The position numbers and the translations under genes are program-made. Positions 22,031-35,799 of a DNA stretch of 60,321 nt are shown piece after piece. Origin of the DNA: Malacoraja senta (taxonomy: Eukaryota); contig JAXLNO010001270.1 of NCBI GenBank assembly GCA_038087875.1, positions 62,001 through 122,321 on the forward strand. Reading direction: 5' to 3'. The notes beneath the pieces are model-generated. The model was not told the origin of the DNA. It did not search any database and saw only the letters and a list, made by a program, of their open reading frames with translations. The number at the start of each line of letters is the position of its first letter. Positions within the stretch are counted from its first letter, which is position 1.

Positions 22031-24289
22031 AGAATATATTTTACACAGTGAGTTGTTATGACTGGGTAAGCATTGAATGAATGAATGAATGAATGAATGA
22101 ATACTTTATTGTCCCATGTGACAAGACATTCTTTGCTTTCAGACCCAAGGTATGTAAATAGTCATTCATATAGGGCGCTGTCAAAGTTACAGAGTATTCA
22201 CGCCAGGTCCCCCTTTGTTCTCCCCCTTTCCGCCTCCCTCGCGGCAGTCCCCCCTACTCCAGGTTGATATGATAATGAAACACATTCATTCATAAGGGTG
22301 GAGATTCTGTATGTTTTGTTCATATTCTTCCTATCTTTTTCAGATAAGACTGTGGTGCCAGGTGACGGGTATTGCAATTGTAAAAAGTGAATCAAATAAT
22401 TACTTTTTAGGTTGATGCCAAAAGAACAAGAGGACGGAGATAATTATATAGCTGTTTCAAATATCTGGCACAAATACAAATGGGTGAAATCATCTCCTTT
22501 TCTGCAGTCTCATTCAACAATTTCATGATGTGCAAAGTTATGCATGTTGCTTCCAATGAATTGAGAATTGAAATCTGATAACGGAAGCATAATCATGAAG
22601 ATGAATAAAGGCTGTGATTGGATTTGCTGGAGATTCTATGGGCAGTCATTGCCCATAGTAGTTGCTCCAATTCCTCTATTTCATAAGACACAAAGTAACT
22701 CTCTTTTCAAGTTTTGAAGTGGAATATCTCACAAAATGTAAGCAACCAATTTAGATTAGCATTTATTTAAAACGTCAATGAAAGGACAGTCAAATATGAT
22801 GAGTTACCGAAGTTACCGAATTTGGTGTTGGCATCTGGTATGCAAGCAATTAACAATAGCAGCTCAAAGTACAAAAATCTATGTACATGGAGTATTCACA
22901 CACAGAGGACATTCTACGTGTCACAGCCAATTAAGTATTTCTTAAGTATAATATGGTTGCTAAGTTGTAAGACTCTAAAAATAACAATCTGAATCTGTTC
23001 TAAAAAAGCCAGAGAGAGAGGACAGGGGCTTTAGTTTATTGTTTCTTTTGAAAGATTACACCTCCAACATTGCAGAACCCACTCGGTATTGTTGTGAAGT
23101 GTCAGCCAATGTTGGATATTCAAATTCTGGAGTGAGCATGACCCAGATGTCTAAGAGATGAGCCATAATTTCCAGAGATGGCAGGTCTTTTGCAAAGATT
23201 TTTTTCATATTATTGGATTCAAACTAAGACATTCTGATCATTGTAGATGTTTCTAATGACAACATACATTCAAGCACCAATACACCGCATATATGTTTTT
23301 TCACCTAGCCCAGTTATTAATCTCCTTTAGGAGAAAGAAAAAGGAAGGAAGGCATTGTTCCTTGGATAATATTGCATCATTTACAGACAACATTAATGGA
23401 AGGCTGAGAGCAAGTTAACAACATTTGTGATCAACTAAGATTTGTCATCATAAAAGAAGAAACATTAATGACAATGCCTTTGTCCTTCTGATAATCTTAA
23501 AAAATATTGTAAGATAGTGTTAAAAATCCACTTTATGTATCCAAATTCATCTCTCCTTTCTGATTCTCTTTCTTTCAATTATAAAGTTTTTAATTGAAAT
23601 TGAAAACTAGTCACTTGTAGCCTAGTACATTCTTGCATTCTCGAGGCACGCCTCCATGGAGAAGCTTTTGAGCATCTGTGCTATGAACAATTCTATGGAT
23701 CATTAAAGGTGTAAATGTAGATCAATGCTCACATTTTCAGTATGTGTTGACTTCTGACCATGAAGATGTGTCCTTGACCTCACCCTGTCATCCTGCCACA
23801 AGTACATGTTAGTTGATTTTTGATGGAAAAAGATAAAAGTTTTCATAAGGTTATAAGATCATGTGATAGGAGAAGAATTAGGCCATTCGGCCCATCAAGT
23901 CTATCCGCCATTCAATCATGACTGATCCATTTCTCCTTCCTAACCTCATTTCCTGCCTTCTCCATATTTTGTTTAATTTTGTTTAATTTCTCTTATGTGA
24001 TTAATCTTGGATAATATTATTCGCATCCAAAATATAGATGTGAAAATTGTACACTGCCAGACTCCCACTGTAGGAGATCTGGACAAGAATATTACACTGT
24101 CCCAAACCATTAAAACTTGGCCGATAATCAGGGGTTTGATGTGTGAGTTATTGGCAGTACTCTCTGTCTCCATAGCTACATTTATTTCCATTTATTCATT
24201 AGCATACAATGGATATATTTAGTTCAGCAGTTAGATTTTTTAACTTAAAATCCTTTACAATAGCTTTAAAGTATGTTGTGATGAACTCA

Positions 24290-25468
24290 TTCATCCCGTG
24301 GGCAGTCCCTTTGGGGTCAAGAATAACTTACTTCCACGCTAGAAAAGAACTGCAAAAAAAGATATAAAGTAAATCAGCAGATCTGGCAGCATCTCTGGAG
24401 AACATGGACAGGATATGTTTCAGGTTGGGACCCTTTTTCAGTCTGAACTGAAACTTCATCTATCTATCTTCTCCAGAGATGTTGCCCGACCTGCTGAGTT
24501 ACTCCAGCACTTTGTTTCTTACTTCTTTCATAACTTCATAAGTGATAGGAGTAGAATTAGGCTGTTCGGCCCATCAAGTCTACTTTGCCATTCAATCATG
24601 GCTGATCTATCTCTCCCTCCTAACCCCATTCTCCTGCCTTCTCCCCAGAACCTCTGACACCCGTACTTCCATTGTAGTTCTGTGGATTCTGAGGAGAATG
24701 AAGAATCTAAGAGATCCACAAACTCTGCCACAGGTGCAGTAGGTGCTGCTCTTTGAAGCCGTTTGTGGGTTATTTATGATCTCGGGTTGCTCAGTTCCAA
24801 CTCAGATTCTCTTTCTCCTTCTGAATGATCATGAACCAGTTAATGGAGATATTACACTGCCTCCAGGAGAGTTTAGGAATATCCTTGAAATATTTTCCTT
24901 GGAGAATCCCATCCTAAGACAGAGTTCAGTGCTTGCTTTAAAAGTCTGGTGACAGGTATGAGCACAATACTTTGGAGTGTAGTCAGAACCTTGCAGCTGG
25001 GAAGAGGTTGGAAGAGGATGCTGATGGTGATTTGCTACACCCAACAATGGATTTGGAGGATTTTGCAGAAGTAGCATTGGTGATATTTCTTCAGTGCTTT
25101 GAGGTGCTTGCCAAGATTGTCTATTACTCTTAAGTCTACAGGAGACTGAGGATCACTATTTCTAGTAGACCATGTGTGCATTACTGGTCTGACGTTCTGA
25201 TTTCTTGCACTTTTCCTCACCCAACTAACGGTATGATGAATTTTGCCAAAACGTCAGACTTTGGGAGGATCTTGGCAAGATGTCAAAAATAATCTATATT
25301 TTCCAGGGCTTTGATTGCCTCTAGCAATTGATTGTGTGGTTGAGGCATTGGTTGAGGACCTTTGCCTTTCAGATGATTGGTGTCAGGTCTTTGATGGGAG
25401 TATTGCAGACAAGAAGATTGCGATAGGATTGGTGTGAGGACATACCCTCAAACCTTGTCTACATTGGC
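24290..25468 (-). mobile_element. Degenerate RTE LINE 3' fragment, interrupted at ~24345-24660 by a PLE palindrome and a CR1 tail
   Basis: ORF 25035-25220 LGKHLKALKKYHQCYFCKILQIH; RTE-like 3' end near 24290-24340. Confidence 0.7.
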
Positions 25469-26168
25469 AATAGACAATAGGTGCAGGAGTAGTTCAGTCA
25501 GCCCTTCGAGCCAGCACTGCCATTCAATGTGATCATGGCTGATCATCCCCAATCAGTACCCCGTTCCTGCCTTTTCCCCATATCCCCTGACTCCACTATG
25601 TTTAAGAGCCCTATCTAGCTCTCTCTTGAAAGTATCCAGAGAACCGGCCTCCACCGTCCTCTGAGGCAGAGAATTCCACAGACTCACAACTCTCTGTGTG
25701 AAAAAGTGTTTCCTTATCTCCGTTCTAAATGGCTTACCCCTTATTCTTAAACTATGGCCCCTGGTCCTGGACTCCCCCAACATCGGGAACATGTTTCCTG
25801 CCTCTAGCATGTCCAAACCCTTAATAATCTTATATGTTTCAATAAGATTCCCTCTCATCCTTCTAAATTCCAGAGTATACAAGCCCAGCCACTCCATTCT
25901 CTTAACATATGACAGTGCCGCTATCCTGGGAATTAACCTTGTAAACCTACTCCCTCAATAGCAAGAATATCCTTCCTCAAATTAGGGGACCAAAACTGCA
26001 CACAATACTCCAGGTGTGGTCTCACTAGGGCCCTGTACAACTGCAGAATGACTTATTTGATCCTATACTCAACTCCTCTTGTCATGAAGGCAACATGCCA
26101 TTCACTTTCTTCACTGCCTGCTGTACCTGCATGCTTACTTTCATTGACTGATGAACAAGGACCCCCAG
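25468..26168 (-). mobile_element. CR1 LINE 3' fragment
   Basis: ORF 25553-25897 LGLYTLEFRRMRG...FFTQRVVSLWNSLP; TATTGTC-type tail. Confidence 0.92.
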
Positions 26169-26299
26169 GCATTGGACTGAAGTGGATTTGTTAGCTAGGA
26201 TCATGACTTGCATGACATTGTGCAATAGGTAACGCATGGTAATGAAGTTCTGAAGAATGATATATCAGAACATTAAAAAATTGTGAAATTGCTCATGTT

Positions 26300-26543
26300 A
26301 TATTATTTATTTATTTTATTTAAACTTTATTTAACCAGGAGAAGTCTCATTGAGATTAAAAATCTCTTTTACAAGAGAGTCCTGGCCAAGACAGGCAGCA
26401 GCACAGTTCCACAGTTACAGACAATAATTTAAAAACAACAGAGAACATATAAATAGAATCACAGTCAGAATATCATCAAACAAAGCATGTACAGACAGAA
26501 GAGCCCGCTTCAACATCATTAAGAAGGGATTTAAATCTGTTTA
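26300..26543 (-). mobile_element. Short LINE 3' end with (AAAT)n tail, family uncertain (L2/CR1 group)
   Basis: (TTAT)n followed by CTTTATTTAACCAGG...CATTGAGATTAAAAATCTCTTTTACAAGAGAGTCCTGGCCAAG. Confidence 0.5.
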
Positions 26544-26699
26544 TGCGTCTACCATGGCCAAACCCTTAATGATATTAAATGATCTTATAATGTGGAGAAA
26601 CAAATTATGTTGTGCAATCCTACAGACCCAGAGTTATGAAATATGGATAAATAGTTGCATAATGATAACTCTGCCAAGACATTGTATTATAATGACAGA

Positions 26700-26925
26700 T
26701 GTAGACACAAAGAACTGCAGATGATGGTATATAAGAAAAGACACGGTGTTGGAGTAACTCAGCGGTCAGGCAGCATCTCTGGAGAACATAGATAGGTGGC
26801 AACTCGGGTTGCCTATCCATGATCCTGACCTCAAATAACAGAAGAAGGGTCCAGATATGAAACGTTGCCTTTCCATGTTCTCCAGAGATATTACCTGACC
26901 CACTCAGTTACACTGGCATTTTGTA
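26700..26925. mobile_element. Palindromic PLE-terminus insertion
   Basis: Inverted arms GGAGTAACTCAGCGGTCAGGCAGCATCTCTGGAGAACAT / ATGTTCTCCAGAGAT...CCTGACCCACTCAGTTAC. Confidence 0.7.
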
Positions 26926-28429
26926 ACATGTTGACCTTGAATTGGTCCTACTTTTCATTTCACTGCACATCTCATATGTGTATGTGACGAATAAACTTGA
27001 CTTGATTTGACTTGACTTGACTTACCCTGAGGCTCATCCTGGTATGACAAAATTAACTGGGTTTGTTCAGTATGTGAAGTAGACGGGAGTCTATTTGCTT
27101 GTCAAATATGTAAACAAGATTCTCTGATCCTTTAATATGTTTTTGGTTCCTTAACTATAGTTCATTCTATCGTTCACACAGGTTTTCATGAAAAATGGTC
27201 CAAAGGCTGGATAATTGTTTCCAAAGTATTTTTCTTCTGTGGTGTTCTTTGTATAAAAATGTCATAGCATTTATAGCAACTGCAGTAATGTAATATTCTG
27301 GATTTCTGCACCTTTAATGTTCCATTCATTATTTTTAGGATACAAACTGTGGCGTCGCGGTTGACGCCAGGATTGGCAGTGACCACATAGTAAGATGAAT
27401 TCACGTGATATATTTTATTTACAGTGACAAGTGCCAAGTAAGTCCAGGACCACGTGGGGGGTTGCTGTCCCTTGTCATCGGGGAACATGTGCGGATGGCA
27501 ATGGCGATCTCGGGCTTTGCTCGGCATCTCAGTCTTGGTCTTGAAGGAGGAGGCGTGGCGGTCTCAGGCTTCTCCCTGCAGTTCACCCTTGCCTCGAGCG
27601 GAAGCGCTGGTGGTTGCAGGCTTATTGTTGCAGCTCAGCTTTTTGATGGCGGTCTCTGGCTTATCCTGACGACTCGATCTTTGCCCCGATGTGGGCGCAG
27701 TCCCACGTTGTCAGTGGGCAGGAAGAGGCACTGGCGTCTCAGGCTTGCCCTGGCCTAATGTCACAAATCGACAGCTGTGACATTAACACTTAAATCAGTT
27801 CCTGGCAAGCCACATTCACAAATATAGTCAGAGGTTGAAAATACATGAACACCCCATCCTCACCCGGTTTAAACCTCACCCAAACATCAAACTAATATGA
27901 GAAACAATGAAAAAAGAGACTAATAATCGAACTAATATGGCAACATGATTTCACTAATGACTGGCATTGTTCTTTTGCCGGTGATTTCCACATCAATTGT
28001 CAGTGATGTCCACATCATTTGATCATGGAGGTAGAGATAACACATTATATCTCTGTCCTGCCCACAATTAACATCAGTATAGGCGGCATCCATCATGCAT
28101 TAGTAAATTGAGAGAAAGAGTGGAAAATAATCTCAGAAGACACAAAGTGCTGGCGAAATTCTGCTAGTCAGGCAGTATTTCTGGAGAGCATGGATAGGTG
28201 ACATTTTGGGTCGGGACCCTTCAGCTGTGACATCTGATTGAGGGGGGGGGGGGGGAGGAAAGCTGGAAGAGAAGAGGGGCAGGACAAAGCCTAGCAGGTA
28301 ATAGGGCCACACAGATTGAGCAGGGTTTTCAGGTAGGCAGATGGTTGGACAAAAGCCAGTGATGAAAAGCCAGGTGTGAGACAAAAGGATTGAAGAGTGC
28401 AAATTGTGAAGCTAGGGGAAGGATCGCAG

Positions 28430-28937
28430 TCAATAGACAATAGGCAATAGACAATAGGTGCAGGAGTAGGCCATTCGGCCCTTTGAGCCAGCACCGTCAT
28501 TCATTGTGATCATAGCTGATCATCCACAATCAGTACCCCGTTCCTGCCTTTTCCCCATATCCCCTGACTCCACTATCTTTAAGAGCTCTATCCAACTCTC
28601 TCTTGAAAGCATACAGAGAATTGGCCTCCACTGCCTTATGAGGCAGAGAATTCCACAGATTCACAACCGTCTGTGTGAAAAAGTATTTCCTCATCTCTGT
28701 TCTAAATTGCTTACCCCTAATTTGTAAACTGTGGCCCCTGGTTCTGGACTCCCCCAACATCGGGAACATGTTTCCTGCGTCTACCATGGCCAAACCCTTA
28801 ATGATCTTAAATGTTTCAATAAGATGCCCTCTCATCCTTCGAAATTCCAGAGTATATAAGCCCAGCTGCTCCATTCTATCAACATATGACAACCCCGCCA
28901 TCCCGTAAATTAACCTCGTGAACCTACGCTGCACTCT
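28430..28937 (-). mobile_element. CR1 LINE 3' fragment
   Basis: ORF 28530-28943 VQRRFTRLI...LWNSLP...GYGEKAGTGY. Confidence 0.92.
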
Positions 28938-29915
28938 GGACAAGAGAGGGCATTGAGAACCTACAATCCCGCTTTGACTGCACGGATTGGAATGTGTTCA
29001 GGGAAGCAACAACAAGCCTCGATGAGTATACAGACACCATATCATCATATGTTAGCTTTTGTGAGGCCAGTTGCATTCCAACTAGGACCCGGACCTGGTT
29101 CAACAACATCAAGCCCTGGTTTACTGCAGAGCTCAGACAGCTCCGACAGTCTAAAGAGGAGGCCTACAGGAGTGGGGATGCAGACCTCTACAGGCAGGCC
29201 AAGTACAAGCTGAGAAGAGGAATCGGAGCTGCCAAGAAAGGTACTCTGAGATGTTGAGGAGCAAGTTTTCAGCTAGTGACTCTTCTTCAGTTTGGAAGGG
29301 CTTGCAAGAAATCACCAGCTCGTTGGACAATCGTCAGCTGACCAACGACCTGAATGAGTTCTACTGCAGGTTTGACAAGCAGAAACGTAACCCTGGTATC
29401 CCTCCCCCCCTCCCCAACAAACACAGCCAGACCCCAGTCTGCAAAGAATGGACCCTTCTTCACCCACTCCTCTCCATTTACCACTTCACACACACATTTT
29501 CTGTCTTCTGAAAAGCCTTTCCACCTCCTCTATTTTTATTGTTGATTATGGAGAAGTGATGTTGTGCAGCACGGAGGGTGTGGGTAATCACCATTTCACA
29601 CCCAATTACCCACACCCTCCGTGCTGCACAACATAATTTCTCCATAATCAACAATAAAAATAGAGGAGGTGGAAAGGCTTTTTAGAAGACAGAAAAGCCG
29701 GAAATCTCCACGACTGGACAATGTTTCCCCCTCTACTTTCAAGCTCTGTGCCGAACAACTGGCACCGGTCTGCACAGACATTTTCAACCAGTCCCTGCAA
29801 ACCTATACTGTCCCTGCCTGCGTCAAAGTCTCCACTATTGTCCCTGTACCCAAAAAGGCAAGGATTACTGGTCTTAATGACTACAGGCCTGTCGCACTGA
29901 CCTCTGCAGTCATCA
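28938..29915 (+). mobile_element. Rex1/Babar LINE internal fragment
   Basis: ORFs 28994-29257 (NNIKPWFT), 29251-29511 (LNEFYCRFD) and 29669-29971 (IFNQSLQ, IVPVPKK, LNDYRPVALTS). Confidence 0.88.
29497..29696. repeat. Inverted repeat: 92-bp arms, 16-nt loop, inside Rex1/Babar
   Basis: 29497-29588 versus 29605-29696, about 3 mismatches. Confidence 0.95.
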
Positions 29916-30616
29916 AGGGGAGAAGAGGAGGTTATATAGGGGAAATAAGGGAGAGGGGGAGGGTTATGTAGTTACCTAAAATTAGAGAATACAATGTTCA
30001 TAACATTGGGTTGTAAGCTACCCAACCTCTGAGTTCTAAGTTACCCAACACTGAATAGGGAGTTCACCCTCCCTCTCCCCCTCCCTGGGTTTTGTAAGAG
30101 ACTGTTTCACCTCCACTCGCCTCCTCTCACTGCTTTTTTGCTGTGGAGCACAGGCTAAAGGTGCCTGTAAACAGTTATTTAAAACTGTGTTGGTTACTTA
30201 ATATAGTACAACTTCCACTATCACGACTATCTGCAGAAAAAACAATTTGCTTTAGCATTGCCTTTGCCAAAAGTTAGTGCTTCCTGCAGCTGTTATCTGC
30301 TTAGCATTTACACTTGCCTTGTGTAAATGTATCAAAGATTTAAATCATCTAAAGTAGAGGGTTGCACAGGAATTCTGAAGTTTGTCAGCAAATAAGTGCT
30401 TGAGGTTTAGATTGGTTACCGGAATTTGCAACTGTAATTATATGAGGCAGTCATTTACATGCTGACATATCAATCATTTACTAGTGTCCATTTACAAGCT
30501 ATAGTAGGATGAAAATTATAAGGTTCCAGCCTAGTGAAACTGTAAACCTGGACTATGTGCAAGCTTTACATGTTGGATCACAGGGAACCCAAGGTGTGCT
30601 AGCCAAATTAATTCAA

Positions 30617-30746
30617 GTCTGAAAAAGGGTTTCGACCCGAAACGTTGCCTATTTCCTTCGCTCCATAGATGCTGCCTCACCCACTGAGTTTCTCCAGCAT
30701 TTTTGTCTACCTTCGATTTTCCAGCATCTGCAGTTCCTTCTTTAAT
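30617..30746 (+). mobile_element. Solo PLE terminus with hammerhead-like motif and ~12-bp TSD, inserted in an old CR1 remnant
   Basis: AGTCTGAAAAAGGGTTTCGACCCGAAACGTTG; AAATTAATTCAA on both flanks (30605 and 30747). Confidence 0.8.
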
Positions 30747-31189
30747 AAATTAATTCAACATTGGCTTGGAGGAAGGAATCAAAGGATATTGTAGAAGGTT
30801 GTTTTCCTGAATGAAGGCCTGTGGCCGTGGTGTGTCTTAGGGGCCAGCACTGGGTCCACTGGTGTTTCTTATCAACATTAATAATTTGTACGACTATGTA
30901 GTTAATTTGCAGATGGCATCAAAATCATAATCATAATCATACTTTATTAGACAAGTATGTTTTGCATCATACGAGGAATTTGGTTTGCCATACAGACATA
31001 CTAATAAAAAGCAACAGAACACACAAAATACATTTTAACATGAACATCCACCACAGTGACTCCTCCACATTCCTCACTGTGATGGAAGGCGAAAAAAAGT
31101 TCAATCCCTTCCCTTCATTGTTCTCCAGCGGTATGAGTGGAAATTGGCGTTTTAGTGAATAGCAAGGAAGGATATCTATGTTCAAACTT

Positions 31190-32445
31190 GATCTACCAGT
31201 CTACCAAGCGGCCTTGACCCACTGCAGTTTGCCTACCACCACAACAGGTCCATGGATGATGCCATCTACCTGGCTCTACATTCATCCCAGGAACAACTGG
31301 AAAAGAGAGACACCTACGTCAGACTCCTATTCATAGACTACAGCTCTGCCTTTATCACCATTATACCATCCAAGCTCATCACCAAACTCACATGACTTGG
31401 AGTCAGCACTCATCTCTGCAACTGGATCCGCAACTTCCTGACCAACAGACCCCAATCAGTGAGGATAGGGGACAAATCATACTCTACGATAATCCTCAAC
31501 ATTGGTGCTCTCAGCCAAGGATGCGTTCTAAGCTCCCTTCTTTACTCCTGGTACACTCACGACTGTGCAGCCAGGTACAGATCTAATTCAATTTACAAAT
31601 TTGCAGATGACACCACCATCGTGGGCCGGATATCAAATAATGATGGGTCAGAGTACAGGATTGAGAATCTCGTGTCCTGGTGTCAAAGGAGATGGTGATC
31701 GACTTCAGGACCCAGTTTACATTGACAGTGCCAAAGAATAAATTGTTGAAAACTTCAAATTCCTAGGAGTAAGTATCGCCAACGACTTATCCTGGACCAT
31801 CCATATTGAAGCAACAACCAAGAAGCACACCGATGCCTCTACTTCCTCAGAAGGCTTAGGAAGTTTGCATGTCCCCAACAACTCTCACCAACTTCTGTAG
31901 AAGCATTTTATCGCGAGGCATCACAGCATGGTTTGGGAATAGCTCCATCGAAAACCGCAAGAAATTGCAACGAATTGTGGACGCAGCCCAGACCATCACA
32001 CAAACCAAACTCCCTTCCATTGATTCCATTTATACCTCAAGCTGCCTCGCAAGGCCAACAGCATAATCAAAGATGAGTCGCACCCTGCCCACACCCTCTT
32101 CTCCCCTCTCCCATCAGGCAAAAGGTATAAAAGTGTGAAAGCATACACCTTCAGATTTAGGGACAGTTTCTTCCCAGCTGTTATCAGGCAACTGAGCCAT
32201 CCTACCACAACTAGCAAGCAGTCCTGAACTACTATCTACCTCATCCGGGACCCTTGGACTATCTTTGATTGGACTTTACTAGCTTTACCTTGCACTAATC
32301 ATGTGTCTGTACAATCCCTATCATGTGTCTGTGCATTCTGAATGGCTAGCTTGTAATGTATTGTCTTTTTGCTGACTGGTTAGTACATAACAAAAGCTTT
32401 TCACTGCACCTTGGTACATTTGACAAAAAACTAAAACTGAAACTG
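31190..32445 (+). mobile_element. Rex1/Babar LINE RT and 3' end, degenerate
   Basis: [34 protein letters not shown], and LPSGKRY...FRDSFFPAVIR. Confidence 0.9.
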
Positions 32446-34494
32446 ATGTAGATTGACAGGGAAGTTGGCCAAGGAGTGACAAATAGAATTTAACTCTTGC
32501 AAATATGAGATGTTGTTCTTTGGAATGGCAAACCAGGATAGGTTTACACAGTAAATAGCCCTGTAAATAGCTCAGGGTAAGGAGCGTTGCAGAACAGAAA
32601 GATTTAGGACTATAGTGCATGGTTCCCCATGAGTAAAGTCATTCTGAAGACAAAAAGAGTCAAATGGTCTATATCTGTGATGTATCATTCTATAATTTAT
32701 CTACACAGATAGTTGAAGTATAAAAGCCTCTCATGGATTTGCTGACTGCTTAGAGAACATTCATGTTATGTGGTTAGGCCACATCTGTTGTACCACTTTA
32801 TAAAATTCAAGTATATTACTAATCATTAAGGAGAGAGGATGCTTTCTAACCAGTTAAACTAACTTTCAGCAGTGAGTAAATAGAAAGGCCAATGAGATGT
32901 CTTTTTTCCACCTTTGGGGAAAAAATGGGCAGAGATTTGCTCCGACTGGCAATTCCTCTTCCCTGGATTTCCTGCTGCTGACAAACAATTTTACTGTTTG
33001 TGTTCGACCAAGCGTAGCTTTCTTACAGATATGAAGTTGGAAGGATCATTCCCAGTCTTTTGTTTGTCTTTGCCTTTTTCACTCCACAAATAGCTGCTTC
33101 GAATATAAGACAAGGAAGTACAAAGAACCTTTGTAAAACACTGGTTCAGTACAGCTGGAATTTTGTGTCCAATTCTTCAGCAAAGATGGAAGAGCTTTCG
33201 AGAGAGTGCAATAAAGATTCCAGGAATAAGAGACTTTGGTTATGTAATAGACTGAGGTTGTTCTCCATGGAACAGCCAGGTTGCAAGATAATTTGTGAGC
33301 AGCCTGATGTGACCAGTCCTCCTTAGTCCAACCTTTGTCAAGGAGACGCCCATGCCTGCAGTTTTACAAACCATGAAATGGCTCGAGGGTGGAAAAAACA
33401 AATGTGTCTGCCTCTCACATGTCAGCTGAACTCTAGGTTTGCCTAGGTCAGGCTCTCAGGGAAATTTACTGTAAAATCGGAAAATAAAGAAAAATGGATT
33501 GAAAAAAGTCATATTTTGTGAAATAAATTATCATACTTACATTTTCCATTTCTGGGGAAAAAGGTTAACATAATGAATGCAGTGAAGAATAAATTAGAAC
33601 CTCGCAGAATTTAAAATGATATTTTTATTGATGAGAACATATTGAAGAAGATTTATATCAGTGAGGCTTTACCGTTGTCATCTTCAGACAACAGTGAATT
33701 TTCCATTTGGGTTAGTTTGATTTGAACTTTGTACAGCAGATGCAATTATGAGCATAGATCAGACATACCAAAGTGAGCGTTAGAATTAACACATTCATAT
33801 GAGTGCTACAAAAAATATTTCAAATCTACTGTATAAAATGTCCAAGGAGTCCCCAGGTTACATCTGCCTTGACTTGCGAATTTTCGATTGCAAACATTTT
33901 CTGATTAATTTTTAAACAATTTTTTAAACAAGTTAAGCTTCCCCAACTTTACTGCTGATCGGTGAATCAATTGATTTGGAATTGGCCAGTGTGGCCAGAG
34001 ACTAACCATGCAGCTGAATGTGTTTTGAGCTGCTCAGCTGATCATTCGCAGGTATAGGGATGAATTTGCTGGCTGCTTTTTGACTGAAATCCTTCAAGTT
34101 CCTCATCAAGTAATTATCTGCATCCCCCTTTTATGGAATCAGTTCCCCACCGCCATTTTCAGACAGAGCATCCTTTATCCAACAACACTGAATGGAAAAA
34201 ATATTCACATTTCCTGATAGATGTTCTGTCAATGGTTTATAGCCTCTGCTTCACCAGAGGGAATGGCCATTCTTCACTTCTCTGCAGCTTACATCAGCAT
34301 TAATAGGATGATTTTATTCAATGCATGGTATTCATCTACAGAAAATTATAAATATAAATAAATATGGATAAATATAATATGGATAAACATAAATTTAAAT
34401 TACATGGATAAATATAATGGGAACGCACATAAGGATACAAAGTGGTGGAGTAACTCAGCAGGTCAGGCAGCATCTCTGGAGAACATGGACGCTT

Positions 34495-35105
34495 TGAATG
34501 AATGAATGAATGAATGAATACTTTATTGTCATTATAACATGTAAACACGTATAACGAAATTAGAAATGCCAACCAGTCAGTGCACACATTTTCTTAGCGC
34601 AAAAGTCTCAGATAAACAACTTAAATAAATAACATGAAAAAAAACACATTCTTCTGTCGATTTCCCAGTCCCTTTGGTGTGTAGCGCACCTGTACTCATT
34701 TGGTGGCTACATTAAGTGTATTTATTGCTGTGGGATAAAAACTGTTTTTGAGTCTGTTTGTCCTTGTCCTCATTGATCTGTACCGTCTGCCTGACGGCAG
34801 CAGTACAAACAGGGAGTGACCGGGGTGGAAAATGTCCTTTATAATCTTCTTGGATTTTTTGAGACAGTGGGAGCTGTGTAGGTCCTTCAAGGTGAGGAGA
34901 GGGCAGCCGATGATCTTCTGGGCGTTGTCAATTGCCCTCTGGAGCGCTTTCCTCTTAGCCGCTGTGCAGCTGGTGTACCACACGCATACACAGTATGTTA
35001 AGATGCTCTCAATTGAGCATCGATAAAAGGATAGCAGCAGTCTCTGGGTGATGTTGTTCTTCCTGAGCACCCTCTGTACTTCCTGAGCACCCTCAGGAAG
35101 TACAG
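34495..35105 (-). mobile_element. Rex1/Babar LINE 3' fragment with (TTCA)n tail
   Basis: ORF 34696-35070 FYRCSIESILT...HPGHSLF.LLPSGRRYRS...RLKNSFYP. Confidence 0.9.
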
Positions 35106-35799
35106 TAAGGGTCAGGATCCTTTAATACATAAAATTGCTTTATTTTTGTTTGTGAAGCATGTAGCTGTGGGATATTGAACCCTTTATTCTGAATTACCTC
35201 AAATTGTGTCATTTTGGTGCACTACATGCCGATGATGTAACAAGTTTCTTGGCACTGAAATGGCTAGGTAACTGATCTTTGGAAATGAAAGGTGCAACCG
35301 TATGGTTGGGGATACGATCTTCAAAGAAGGCAACTGGAGACAGGATTTCCAAAGAAGAATCAGTACACATGACTTATTCAAAATGAGGGATTCATATTGT
35401 GAATGCGACATCTCTTATGTAAAGTCATTATGTCTCCTTCTGCCACCTGCATACCCTTACAATCTATCTTGTACTCTTCATGCCCAAATATAATATTTAC
35501 ATATTAAACATGCACCTGTTTCCCCAGTAGATCTGCTCCCCTTCAGAAAACAAAGATCAAATCATTGAAATTCCTTGAAAGAAATTGGAACACTAGTGGG
35601 AGGCGGATTGGAGTCAAACATGTTAATTCAATTGCAAAACCTGCCAATATTATCGTACAGTTTGGGCTTTTTTTCTGGCATTAGTTTCTACAATATGTGA
35701 GCAAAATCTGTGAACAGATTGTCTTTATTGAATGGAAATTATTTACCCACCATGCCATATAGGATATCCATGATTTAATAAATAATCAAGAATTATTTC

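Larger units (their letters stand above)
28135..30025 (-). mobile_element. Penelope-like 3' fragment (28135-28425 and ~29915-30025) separated by CR1 and Rex1/Babar pieces
   Basis: Both parts match the PLE 3' UTR and ORF end at 51783-52025. Confidence 0.6.

Noticed and set aside
27340-27790. GC-rich stretch with 113-117-aa ORFs
   Set aside because: Probably a repeat fragment, but I found no termini, TSD or protein motif to classify it.
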